The notes under the pieces are model-generated. The model saw only the letters and a program-made list of their open reading frames with translations, was not told the origin of the DNA and did not search any database. From Somniosus microcephalus (Eukaryota), in assembly GCA_052327205.1 (NCBI GenBank), contig CM126211.1, forward strand, positions 147,498,001-147,562,000: DNA of 64,000 nt, in the 5' to 3' direction. Below, in pieces: positions 38,019 through 48,717 of this stretch. The position numbers and the translations under genes are program-made. Within the stretch, counting starts at the first letter, position 1; every line of letters begins with the position of its first letter.

Positions 38019-39630
38019 CATGGTATGTGTAAAGAAAAAGAACAATGATCTAAGAGTATGCATGGATCCAAAGGACTTAAATGTAAACATAAAACGTGAA
38101 CACTACCAGATTCCCAAGCGAGAAGAAATCACCAGTGAAATGTCAGGTGCCAGATACTTCACAAAGCTCGATGTCTCACAGGGATATTGGCAACTAAAAC
38201 TGGATGAAGAGAGCACCAAATACTGTACCTTCAACACACCATTTGGCAGGTATTGTTTCCTCAGAATGCCTTTCGGGATAATATCTGCATCTGAAATCTT
38301 TCATAGAGCGATGGAACACATAATTGAAGGTCTGGAAGGAGTTCGGGTCTATGTTGATGACATCATCATCTGGGGCTCCACACTGAAAGAACACAATGAG
38401 AGACTGACTAAAGTGCTACAGAGCATACGCCGGAATGGACTGAAGCTCAACAAAGCCAAGTGTCAGTTTGGCGTCCAGGAAGTCACTTTCCTAGGAGATA
38501 ATCTATCTGGTAAAGGAATAGAGCCAGATATGGAAAAAGTAAATGCCATACTCAACATGCCCCGACCCACTGACAAAAAAGGAGTGCTACGCATCATGGG
38601 GATGATAAACTTCATTGTAAAGTTCATTCCTAACTTGTCAGCCAAGACAGCCTGTCTGCGAGACCTGCTACATAAAATAAATGAGTTCGCATGGACAGAA
38701 AGACATGAACAAGAGTGGATGAACCTTAAAACAGTGCTGACAACCACACCTGTACTCACCTTCTTTGACCCAACAAAGAGAATCAAAGTGTCAACAGATG
38801 CATCAAAAGATGGCCTAGGCGCGGTCTTGCTACAAGCAGAGGGTGAAGATTGGAAGCCTGTTGCCTATGCCTCCAGGTCTATGACTGATTCTGAGTGTCG
38901 ATATGCCCAGATTGAAAAGGAATGTCTAGGCTTGGTAGTTGGACTAGAAAAGTTCCATGGCTACATATATGGACTTCCCACCTTCACAGTTGAGACAGAC
39001 CACTGCCCACTGGTTGCCATCATAAAAAAAAACCTGAATGAGATGTCTCCAAGGATTTAGCGACTCATGATGAAGCTGCAAAGATATGACTTTGAACTGA
39101 TCTACACACCAGGCAAACACACAGTGTTAGCAGATGCACTATCCCGAGCACCCACAATGAGTCATGTGAGCTCTACTGAGGAAGACGTGGATGTTCATGT
39201 GAGTATGGTCACTGCTGCGCTGCCCGTGTCAGACACAAAATCAAAGCAAATAGCAGAAGAAACAGTAAAAGATACAGGGCTAGATTTTCAGTATAGGCAG
39301 TTTTGGGGCGCTAACCTTAGCGCCCGCCCGAAGTTAGCGCCCGCCCCAAAGTAGCGCCCCGTTGCCGGGAATTCAGTGGCTTCACCCTAAGAGGTTGGTG
39401 GAGCGCTAAAAGAGGCGTTCCACTACTATCTTTAGGCGCTAAGCCGGCGGTCCAGAGGGATAGCGCCCAGGCGGGGTGCAGCGCGGGTGCGGTCATTTTT
39501 GGACTGACAGCAGACCCCGTGGCGCCGACCAGCTCTTAAAGGGGGAAGGGACGAATTGGTCTGCTGCCACGCCCTGCACACTGCAGCCTTGCAAAGAGGC
39601 CTGAACACTGCTGCTCAGCCCCAGGGAGTC

Positions 39631-41517
39631 ATGGCAACGCCAGAGAAGGCCCGTCAGCGTGCCCTGCGCTTCTCAGAGGGTGATCTGGACATAATGGTCA
39701 CAGCTCTGGAGGTGAGGCGCAAGATCTTGTTCCCAGAGAGTGGGAGGAATCCAACCCACCACGACTACACCAAAGCCTGGAAGCAGATCGCCCAGAGGGT
39801 GACGTTCACCGGCGATGCCCCCAGGACCCACAAACAATGTCGTAAAAAATACAACGACCTGACCAGGATTGTCAAGGTGAGTAGCCTTTCCAGTCTCCTC
39901 CTCATTCTTGCATGTACACCTGACATGATGGGCAAAGGGAGCTGAAAGTCCTATTGGCCAGCCCTCAGCCAGCAGCATTGGGACAGTCATGAGCATCAAA
40001 TGGCCATTCGGCACTCTACACTTTGGCCAAGCTATTCCACCATGGGAGGCTGTGCACACTACATCAGGGCTTCACTCTGGTCAAGTTATTCCACCATGGG
40101 AGGCAGTGCACACTACATCAGGGCTACACTGTGCACTTACAGCCCGTCCTTTCTCTTGCAGGCTAAAGTAGCCTTTAATCACCAGGCCCGTGCCAGGGGT
40201 GGCCGCGCCAAGCTGCAGAAGCTCACTCGGCTGGAGGAGCGCGTGTGTGTGCTCATGGGAGCCCGTGTGATCGTCCCCACAGCGTGCGGAGTATCCGACC
40301 CTCCACTGCCCGGCAATGGTAAGGACCTCGCCTTTTGGCCCTCTCGCGTCGCACTGGCCCATCCGAGCTACCTCCTTTGCCACTGTCCCACCAATGCGCT
40401 GAATGCCACCAGTCCTAACTCCCTCGCTGACGCCGTCTCCTCACTCTGAAGCTACTCTTGTGCATTCCTGCTTTCAGCTGGTGACGACCAGGACCCTGAA
40501 GCTGCCAGTGACAGCACCTCCGAGCAGGAGGAGGAGGAGGAGCAAGCCGGACCATCGGGGGAACAGTCACGTCCCGCAGGAGAGGAGGAAATGCTTGACA
40601 CCTCCTCACTGGACGAGTGCCTGGAGGAACTGTCGCAGGGCAATGCAGCTTCTGGGACCAGTGGCGTCCAGCCACCCAGGAGCCGTGCGCGTGGCCCGCG
40701 GCCTTCCCCCCAAAGGGGGGAAGGATCAGAGGAGAGTGCTGCTGATCGGCACACTCGCCGCCACCAACGTGGCAAGGGTCCCTTAGTTCGGCCCCCTCCT
40801 CCCCAGCGGGAGAGTCGCGACTCCAGTCCGGACACCTTCACCTCGGAGGAGGTGCGGAAGCTGGATAAGATGGCCGAGGATTCGGACCGGCGCCACACGG
40901 AGCTCATGAGCGTGGTGGGGCGCATGCCTGAGGCCATCGAGTCGCTGGCGACCAGTGTGCGCGAGTTCGGGGCAGCAACTGCCGCGAGTGGCCACATGCT
41001 GACTAATGCCGTCAAGACCCTGGCGGATGTGATGCGCGCGCACACCAGGACAACAGGGGCACTCACTACTGCCACACGCGCTGTCTCAGGCAGGCATCGC
41101 CAGGGCAGCCGCCGCGCTGGACCATCCCAGCAAGCCGCCCCTCGGCTGATTGTTGCGGATCCTGCAGTGCGGGCCCGGCCGAGTGCCACCGCGCCACAGC
41201 ACCAGCCAGCGCATCCCAGACGCCAGCTGGCCCACATTGCGCCATCCGTCGCCGCCATTCCCCCACTGGGGCGTCAAGGGCAAGCGGCTGCAGCTGATGG
41301 TGGCCAGGCTCAGGTGCGCCACTCAGCAGACGGCCCCTCGAGGCCCAAACGCCGTGTAGGCCGCCCCCCAGCGGCATCTGGCGGAAGGGCATCTGAGCCT
41401 CAGGCACCTTCCCCCAGCCTCGCAGCAGCCACTGGGCAGAGCTTGCGAAGGAGCAGCAGGCCGGGCAGGGGAGGCAAAAGGCTGGGCAAGGTCTCGCCCT
41501 CGCGGGCCACTCAGTAG
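39631..41517 (+). CDS. H2 Myb/SANT-like DNA-binding partner, exons 39631-39876, 40162-40318, 40478-41517 (~480 aa), intact
   Basis: Myb/SANT motif in exon 1, gtgagt/ttgcag and gtaagg/tttcag introns, continuous frame to TAG; same structure as H1 and H3. Confidence 0.85.
40024..40129. repeat. Two copies of the 54-bp intronic unit in H2
   Basis: TGGCCAAGCTATTCCACCATGGGAGGC(T/A)GTGCACACTACATCAGGGCT, the reverse complement of the H1 unit. Confidence 0.9.
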
Positions 41518-41880
41518 AGGGTGTGGCCAGCTTTCCTTTTATATGGCGGTGGCCATCTTTATTTTGCCCATGGTTGTGTTGTTGGAGGGCTTATTTTTTG
41601 CGTTAGGCCGACGTTGAGGCCCGGTTTGAAGAAAGGTGGAGTGACTCCTCCCCAGTTTGTGGGAGTGAGTCGTTTGTTGGGCTTTTTGTGGGGCCCGTTT
41701 ATTGTTTTTGGGGATTCATGTGGGAAGGGCTTTTCATTTTTGTGTAATAAAAAATTATCTTTATTCATGCAGTCTCCATGGTTGTTCTTCTTAGTGTTTG
41801 TTGGCTTCGCCGGCTGAGGGCTTGCGGAGCGGCTGCATTCATCTTCCCTCATGGCCCCTGGCCATTCCCTGACAGGGGGC

Positions 41881-43017
41881 TTAGAAGTCCCGTGTAATAA
41901 GGTGGCGTCGTGCGGCCCTTGGCCCTGGTCGCTCCCTCCTGGCAACGTACTCCTGCTCCTCCTCCTCCTCATGCTCCTCCTCCTGAGGTGCTGGTCCAAC
42001 GTCAAGTGGCAGTGCCTGAGTCCTGCGGATAGCCAGGTTGTGTAGCATGCAGCAAACCACCACAAATTGGGAGACCCGGTCCGGCGAATACTGGAGAGCT
42101 CCTCCGGAGCGATCAAGGCAGCGGAACCGCTGCTTGAGGACCCCAATAGTTAGCTCGATGATGTTGCGGGTGGTTTGATGGCTCTCGTTGTAGGCCTCTT
42201 CAGCAGCGGTCCTGGGCGCGCGGAGCGGGGTCATGAGCCAGGTGCACAAAGGATAGCCTTTGTCCCCGAGTAGCCATCCTCTTGGGGGAGGCTGTGCCTG
42301 GAACATGTCATGCACAGTACTCTGCCGCAGGATAAAGGCATCGTGGCTGCTGCCTGGGAAGCTGGCATTGACTGCCATGATGCGCTGCTTGTGGTCACAC
42401 ACCAGCTGCACATTCAGAGAATGGTAGCCCTTCCTGTTGCGATACTGCTCGCCATGCTCCAGAGGGGCCCGCAAAGCCACATGCGTACAGTCAATGGCGC
42501 CCTGCACCAAGGGGAATTCCCCGAGTCTGGAAAATCCCAATGCGCGCTGATGCTGGCTCTCCAGGGCCATGGGGAAGGAGATGAATTGGCTTCTCCTTCT
42601 GAACAGTGCTTCGGTCACCTGGCGGATGCAGCGATGCGCGCCATACTGGGAGATGTTTGCTATGTCCCCAGCAGCGTATTGGAAGGAGCCGGTGGCATAG
42701 AAGTTCAATGCCACCGTCACCTTCACTTCCACCGACAGAGACATCCTGCACCTGAGCTTTGGCCGCAGATCTCGGCGAAGCAGGTGGCAGATCTCTGCAA
42801 TCACCTCCTTTCGGAATCGGAGCCTTTTAACACATCGCGCGGCACTCATGTTTAGGTAGGAGCGCTGCTGGCGGTATAGCCTGACTGGGTAAGGCCTACG
42901 TGGCCGACGCCTGTAGCCCCCTCTGCCTCTAGCCAGGGCTGCCCCTCTCACAATGCGTCTGCGAGCCCTACGGACATGGAGCTGCAGCTCCGTGTTGGCA
43001 CCCCATGCAACCCCCAT
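41881..43017 (-). CDS. Harbinger DDE transposase of H2 (378 aa from ATG), intact
   Basis: Same catalytic motifs as H1 (GAIDCTH, PGSSHD, GDKGYP, IELTIGVLK). Confidence 0.93.
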   Translation of the reverse strand: MGVAWGANTELQLHVRRARRRIVRGAALARGRGGYRRRPRRPYPVRLYRQQRSYLNMSAARCVKRLRFRKEVIAEICHLLRRDLRPKLRCRMSLSVEVKVTVALNFYATGSFQYAAGDIANISQYGAHRCIRQVTEALFRRRSQFISFPMALESQHQRALGFSRLGEFPLVQGAIDCTHVALRAPLEHGEQYRNRKGYHSLNVQLVCDHKQRIMAVNASFPGSSHDAFILRQSTVHDMFQAQPPPRGWLLGDKGYPLCTWLMTPLRAPRTAAEEAYNESHQTTRNIIELTIGVLKQRFRCLDRSGGALQYSPDRVSQFVVVCCMLHNLAIRRTQALPLDVGPAPQEEEHEEEEEQEYVARRERPGPRAARRHLITRDF

Positions 43018-44192
43018 CAAATCCTGGCAAACACTCAAATTTCCAAAAGGCCACTTGCAGCGCTCTGGCCTGAGTCCAAAAATACCTGAGCTCTTGCTGC
43101 TTGAAACCAGTTAGCTATCCTCCTTGTTGTGTCTCCAGAAATGCGTTGCACAAGAGTGTTTTCTGAAAAAAGGCTGGCCTTTATACTGGAGAGCACGTCC
43201 CCTTTAATTTGCACCCCCCGGGGCCCGCGCTGGTTGTGTTGCGTTCCTTTTTCCAAACGCTCCGGCCGCCAGCTGCACAATGGGGCGGTCCGACTGAAGT
43301 TTGGAATCGGGGCGCACAAAGGGCGTTGCACGAGGATGTGACGTCATTTTCTGCGCGCGCATCCGGGCGGGCGCTAAACTTTGCGCCGGCGCTAACGGGC
43401 AACTTAATTTGGGGCGGGGCACAAACTACACGCATAGCGCCCGAAAATCACTTCTCTTAAGGCGCTAACTGCTGGCGCTATCAACTGAAAATCTAGCCCA
43501 CAGTGTTACAAACAGTAATAGAGAACATTCATCATGGTTGGCCAAAAGGTTCCTGTCCAAAGTACTTTCACATCAGGTCAGAGTTGAGTGTCGCAAGTGG
43601 ACTATTACTAAAACAGAACAGAATAGTCATTCCACAGGCTCTACATCAAGACCTGCTCAAAAGGATTCATGAGGGACACCTTGGAATTGAAAAATGCAAA
43701 AGGAGAGCAAGAGACACCGTTTATTGGCCTGGTATAAATAAGGACATTGAGAACATGATAGGCATATGTGAGACATGTCAGAAACACCAAAACAAACAAG
43801 CAAAGGAACCAATGATAGTAGCTGACTTACCAACAGCACCATGGCAAAAGGTTGGTATGGACCTTTTTCATTTGAATGGTAAAGACTATCTAATAGTGAT
43901 TGACTACTATTCTAACTATCCTGAGGTGGCACTGCTCTCAAGCACATCAGCAGGCAGTGTCATAATGCATGTTAAATCCATCTTCGCCAGATATGGAATT
44001 CCCAGGATTGCCATTATCGACAATGGTCCGTGCTTCAACTGTAAGGAGTGGCAACAGTTTGTAGCATAGGTGACAACCCCATAGCTATGTTTAGATTTAG
44101 AATTACATTTGTAGACGTGACTGTCCACATGAAATGTGTCAAATTTAATGTTGAGCCTTTTTTTTTAATACATACATTGCTGTACATACCAG

Positions 44193-44339
44193 CTCTCAGC
44201 ACAGTTTGACGTGATTCAGTCTCTCAAAGACCAGCTTGAGCAACGTACACGCATTCTCCAAGCAAACATCACATGGCAGCAAGAAGAATTACAAAAAATC
44301 CAGGAACAACTGTGCATGGTGGATGACTCAAATTTACAG
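44193..44339 (+). CDS. NPAS2: NPAS2 coiled-coil exon (Clock exon-19 homolog): [49 protein letters not shown]
   Basis: ccag|CTC acceptor, gtaagg donor, 147 nt, phase 0-0; RILQANI.WQQEEL is NPAS2-type. Confidence 0.96.
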
Positions 44340-44743
44340 GTAAGGACTTTCTCAGGTGCCTCGCTATCTTGTTTCAGTTTAAAATGAGGAAGACTGGAAA
44401 ACTACTACACAAGAGCTCCAAATGACATGTCAGAAACGTGTATTCCTGAATTTCTGAAAGTTGGACCTTGTAACTTCTTGTTCCAGGAATACTAGTTTAT
44501 TGCTGGAACCTCAGATAAACTGATGTTGTTGTGATTCTGTGGGTAAAGGTCTGTTGGTAGATTTAGTGTGTTGATCAAATCAATCCAAAAGTCACACTCA
44601 GGATGTTTATACTGAATTGCCAGAAAAAACACTGGCCACACCTCAGGTTCTACAGATTATAAAACCCTGTATGAAGTTGCAAACTGTGGTGCTATGGTCA
44701 GGGAACAAAACTGGCAAGTCATTGATCTATCGTAAAAGATAAA

Positions 44744-45448
44744 GGCCTAGAAATTCAGTTTGGGCCCGCCAGCTCGCTTGCGCCCAGAAGTTACCGCTGC
44801 GCGCGGAGCCACTTGCGCCCGCCGGAAATTCAGTTTCAGCGCCCCAAGTCGAAGCCGGCTGCTATTCAAGGGTGTGGCCGCCCCCGCTTGGGGCGCTGCA
44901 ACTGAATTTCGGCGCGCTAGGTGCCGCAGCGCCACCCGCTGCGGAGCGGCAGGCTGCGGTACTGCAAGCCTTCCTCCCTCTCTTAAGGGGGAGGTGCCTG
45001 CAACAGCGAGATCGCCGCTCGCTAGTGCCGGCAAATGAGCCCGGCACCACGGAGAAGTGCCGGGCTCCCGGAAAACAGCCGGCAATGCCGTGGGGGGGGG
45101 GGGGGTGGAGGAGGCCGGGGAAGGAGGTGCGGGCAGGCGGCCACCGAAAAAGCGGCCGGCCGCACCTCCGCCTTAACTCGCCCCACTAAGGCTGCAGGAC
45201 AGCCCCGTTTTCAGATCGCTTTTTGCGGCCGCTGCGGAAGAGGCGGCCACAACTAAATATGGCGGTCGGGCCGGTAGCGGGGCAGTAGCGGGGCACTGCG
45301 CACACCGATGAAGTCATCGGTGGCGGCGCAGCGCTACTGGCTAACGCCGCCATTACCGCAGCGCTGAATATCGGCGCAATCTCAGCAAGTGGCGCAAAAG
45401 CCCTCTTTGGGCGAAAACTGGGCGCAAAGCCTACTGAATTTCTAGCCC
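44744..45448. mobile_element. Non-autonomous Harbinger MITE (705 bp)
   Basis: GGCCTAGAAATTCAGT ... ACTGAATTTCTAGCCC, AAA TSD; inverted homolog of 14777-15453. Confidence 0.9.
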
Positions 45449-45582
45449 AAACTGTAACTAAACAAGTCATGGGGATGGGGAAAATTAGACAGCAAGTTTG
45501 AAGCACACCAGCAGACCACTCAAAGCATTTATACCACTTGGAGTGCTGCTATAAAGAAGACCCTCTTTTGATCCATAAGTTT

Positions 45583-46022
45583 TAGCCCTGGTTCAGTGGT
45601 AGCGCTCTTGCCCCCAAGCTAGAAAGCTGTGGGTTCAAGCCCCACTTCTGGACTTGAGCACATAATCTAGGTTGACACTTCAGTGCTGTACAGAGGAATG
45701 CTGCATTGTCAGAGGTGCCATCTTCCAGATAAATTGTGGCCCCGTCTGCAATCTCAGGCGGATATAAAAGATTCCATGGCACTTTCAAAGAAAAGCGGGA
45801 AGGTGTCCTGGCCATCATTAATCCCTCAACCAACACGACTAAAAATAGATTAATTGGTCATTCATCTCATTGATGTTTGTGGGACCTTGCTGTGTGCAAA
45901 ATTGACTGCTGCATTTGCCTACAACACAATAGTGACTACATTTAAAAAATACTTCATTGGCTGTAAAGCACTTTGGGATATTCTGAGGACTTGAAAGGTG
46001 CTATGCAAATGCAAATCTTTTC
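45583..46022 (+). mobile_element. Deu-domain SINE, diverged
   Basis: Colinear with 25123-25585 (A/B boxes, body, ATGCAAATCTTT tail). Confidence 0.8.
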
Positions 46023-46076
46023 TTCTTGCATATTCTCAGCTAGTCTCAGGAGCAATGCGAAGTTCTAGACCACCAA

Positions 46077-46242
46077 ACATACTATAGGAGGTGGACATAC
46101 TACAGGAGGTGGACATACTACAGGAGGTGGACATACTACAGGAGGTGGACACACTACAGGAGGTGGACACACTACAGGAGGTGGACATACTACAGGAGGT
46201 GGACATACTGCAGGAGGTGGACATACTACAGGAGGTGGACAT
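46077..46242. repeat. 18-bp minisatellite, left block (~9 units)
   Basis: CAGGAGGTGGACA(T/C)ACT(A/G) units up to the Gypsy C TSD. Confidence 0.95.
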
Positions 46243-48717
46243 TGTTGTATCCGTGTGTTAATGGAGACACGGAATGCAGGAGCTGGTTTAACAGGTGTTT
46301 ACTGAACAAAGTCTGGAGGTGAACTAAAAGATACAAGACACTATACAGGCTTATATAGCCCGAGTGGCCACTACTGGCATTACAGTACACAGGGGCTCTT
46401 AAAGGCACATACACCACAATTCCTCCCCTTTTAGACAACCAGTACATAACATTTTAAGTAATCATTAATTAACATGTTTACAAGAACAATAATCTACACA
46501 TTTGCTGCAGTTAATCAATTATAAGTCAGTCTCTCTGGAGGCTTCCTGACTCGGTCCGGATAACGCCTCGGTGGTGTAGTAGTTTTCGGTGGTGTAGTAG
46601 GTTCTTTTGGCACGGTCGATTCAGCTTGAATGCCAGTGTCTGGTTCATCTGGTTCCAGTATCACCGGATCGGAGGTAGATACTATGGGTATCTCTGCTTC
46701 ATCATTAGGCGCATAGAGTTGTGGTGTAGGTTATCCCTTTTCGGATGACTATGATCTGGTCAGCATGGCGCCTTATTATGCTTTCACCAATGTCCACGGT
46801 ATACTTCAGCGGTCCTAGTCGTGCGCAAATAGTTCCAGGCTGCCATTTCTCGGTACGGTAGTCCAGGGCCAAAACTTGTTGACCTATCTGGAAGGTTCTA
46901 GTTGGCCTTTCATTCATGCCTTGAAATTGCCGGTTCTCTACGTCCCTTCTGATGTTTGGCTTGATCAAATCCAGCCGGCATCTTAGTCTTCTATTGAAAA
47001 ACATCATGGCGGGAGTTTGGTTTGTAACCACGTGTTGCATTCCTGTATGCAAACAAGAAGTTATCTACCTTATGCTGTAGATTTATGTCTTCATTACCCA
47101 TGGCCTTTATGGCCTTCTTGAAGGTCTGGACAAACCTTTTAGCCAATCCATTGGTGGCGGGATGGTATGGGGCGGACGTGTAGTGCTTAACCCCATTGTT
47201 TTTTAAGAACTTCCTGAATTCTTCGGACACAAATTGCGGTCCATTATCAGAACAGATCTGTTCAGGCAGCCCATTCCTGGCAAATATGGTCCTTAATACT
47301 GTAATGGTTTTTTCCGTGGTGGTGGAGGACATCTTTATTACCTCCAGCCACTTGGAGTGTGCATCAACCGCGATTAAGAACATTGAGTCCATAAATAGAC
47401 CAGCAAAGTCGATGTGTACCCTTTGCCATGGAGATGAGGGCCACTCCCATGGATGTAGAGGGGCTTGTGGCGGGGCGTTTTGGACCTTCTGGCATCCTAG
47501 ACAGCCCTTGGTCATTTCTTCGATGTCTCCATCGATACTTGGCCACCACACAAACGCTCTGGCTAGGTTCTTCATTTTCACTCCACCCAGATGCCCCTCA
47601 TGAAGCTCCTTTAGCACTTTATCCTGGAGCTTGGGTGGAATCACCACTCTGGATCCACACATCAAGGTTCCTCGGCACACTGACAGCTGTTCTCTTCTTT
47701 GCGAGAATGCTGGCAACAGTGGTTCGCCATGTGCTTCGACAGCTTTCTTAATTCGGTGAGGTAATCAGCGTTACTTTCATTCTTGTGCTGATTCCTCCTG
47801 AAGAATTTGAATTGTTCCGCTATCAGCAGCAGTGTTGGGTTTAAGTGCTCCTGTAGGGTATCAACAATCTCTTTAAAATTCTTGTCCATCGGTTTGGCTG
47901 GAGTGATTAAGTTTCGTAACAGCCCGTATGTCCTTGCGCCCATTAGATTTAGAAGTACCGATGCCTTTTTATCATCCTCTATTTCATTCGCTGTGCAATA
48001 TACCTCCGCTCTTTCCACATATGTGGTCCAATCCTCTACATCACTATCGAAAGCAGTAATATTGCCAGTCTTAGGCATCCTGAAAAAAAATGGCGCCTCC
48101 CGCGCTTTCCTTTCTTCCCTGTCGAGAAAAAATGGCGCCTCCCGCGCTTTCCCGCCGCTGCTGACAACGCTGTTCTCCGCGGTTTTTATTTATACAGATA
48201 TTTTTAATAGTTGGAGACTCGTTCCCGCCGGACTCTCTGGGACTTTTCCCTCCCTCTGCTTGGTCCGAACGCTGACCTGCTTTGCAGCGCTGGCCATCTC
48301 CCGAGTGCTCCACCCTCCGTCTCTGTTTGCCTCCGCCTTCGCTGCTCGGCCCCACTGCAGAGCCAGCCGATCGAGCCCCAGCCCGCCGCCCAGGAAGGAT
48401 TATTGCAGTACCTGCCACCAGCCCGGCTAGCTGGTGAAACCAGAGTTTTTTCTTTTTTTTTTCTTCGACCTTCGTCTGAGGAATCGATCTCCTTGAGGTG
48501 CTGCCGAATTGCAGGTAAGTCCATTTCCAATTCGTCGCCACTGTTGTATCTGTGTGTTAATGGAGACACGGAATGCAGGAGCTGGTTTAACAGGTGTTTA
48601 CTGAACAAAGTCTGGAGGTGAACTAAAAGATACAAGACACTATACAGGCTTATATAGCCCGAGTGGCCACTACCGGCATTACAGTACACAGGGGCTCTTA
48701 AAGGCACATACACCACA
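46243..48717 (-). mobile_element. Ty3/Gypsy element C, internally deleted relative of B
   Basis: 176-bp LTRs 46243-46418 and 48542-48717, GACAT TSD, PBS TGGCGACGA, PPT; gag 5' part joined directly to the integrase region. Confidence 0.95.

Larger units (their letters stand above)
39277..43499 (-). mobile_element. PIF/Harbinger transposon H2 (4.22 kb), apparently autonomous, nested in Gypsy A
   Basis: Perfect 16-bp TIRs GGGCTAGATTTTCAGT / ACTGAAAATCTAGCCC, ACA TSD (39274-76, 43500-02). Confidence 0.96.
31019..44069 (+). mobile_element. Ty3/Gypsy element A, decayed, 3'-truncated in integrase, hosting three nested insertions
   Basis: 5' LTR about 31019-31202 (TGTAATG..CATAACA), PBS TGGTACCAGGA, gag with CCHC, protease LDTG, RT YVDD, RNase H TDAS, integrase GHLG..IDNG. 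The frame is restored across the inserts (VPAPL|RDRL, NSMV|CVKK, KDT|VLQ). Confidence 0.9.
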
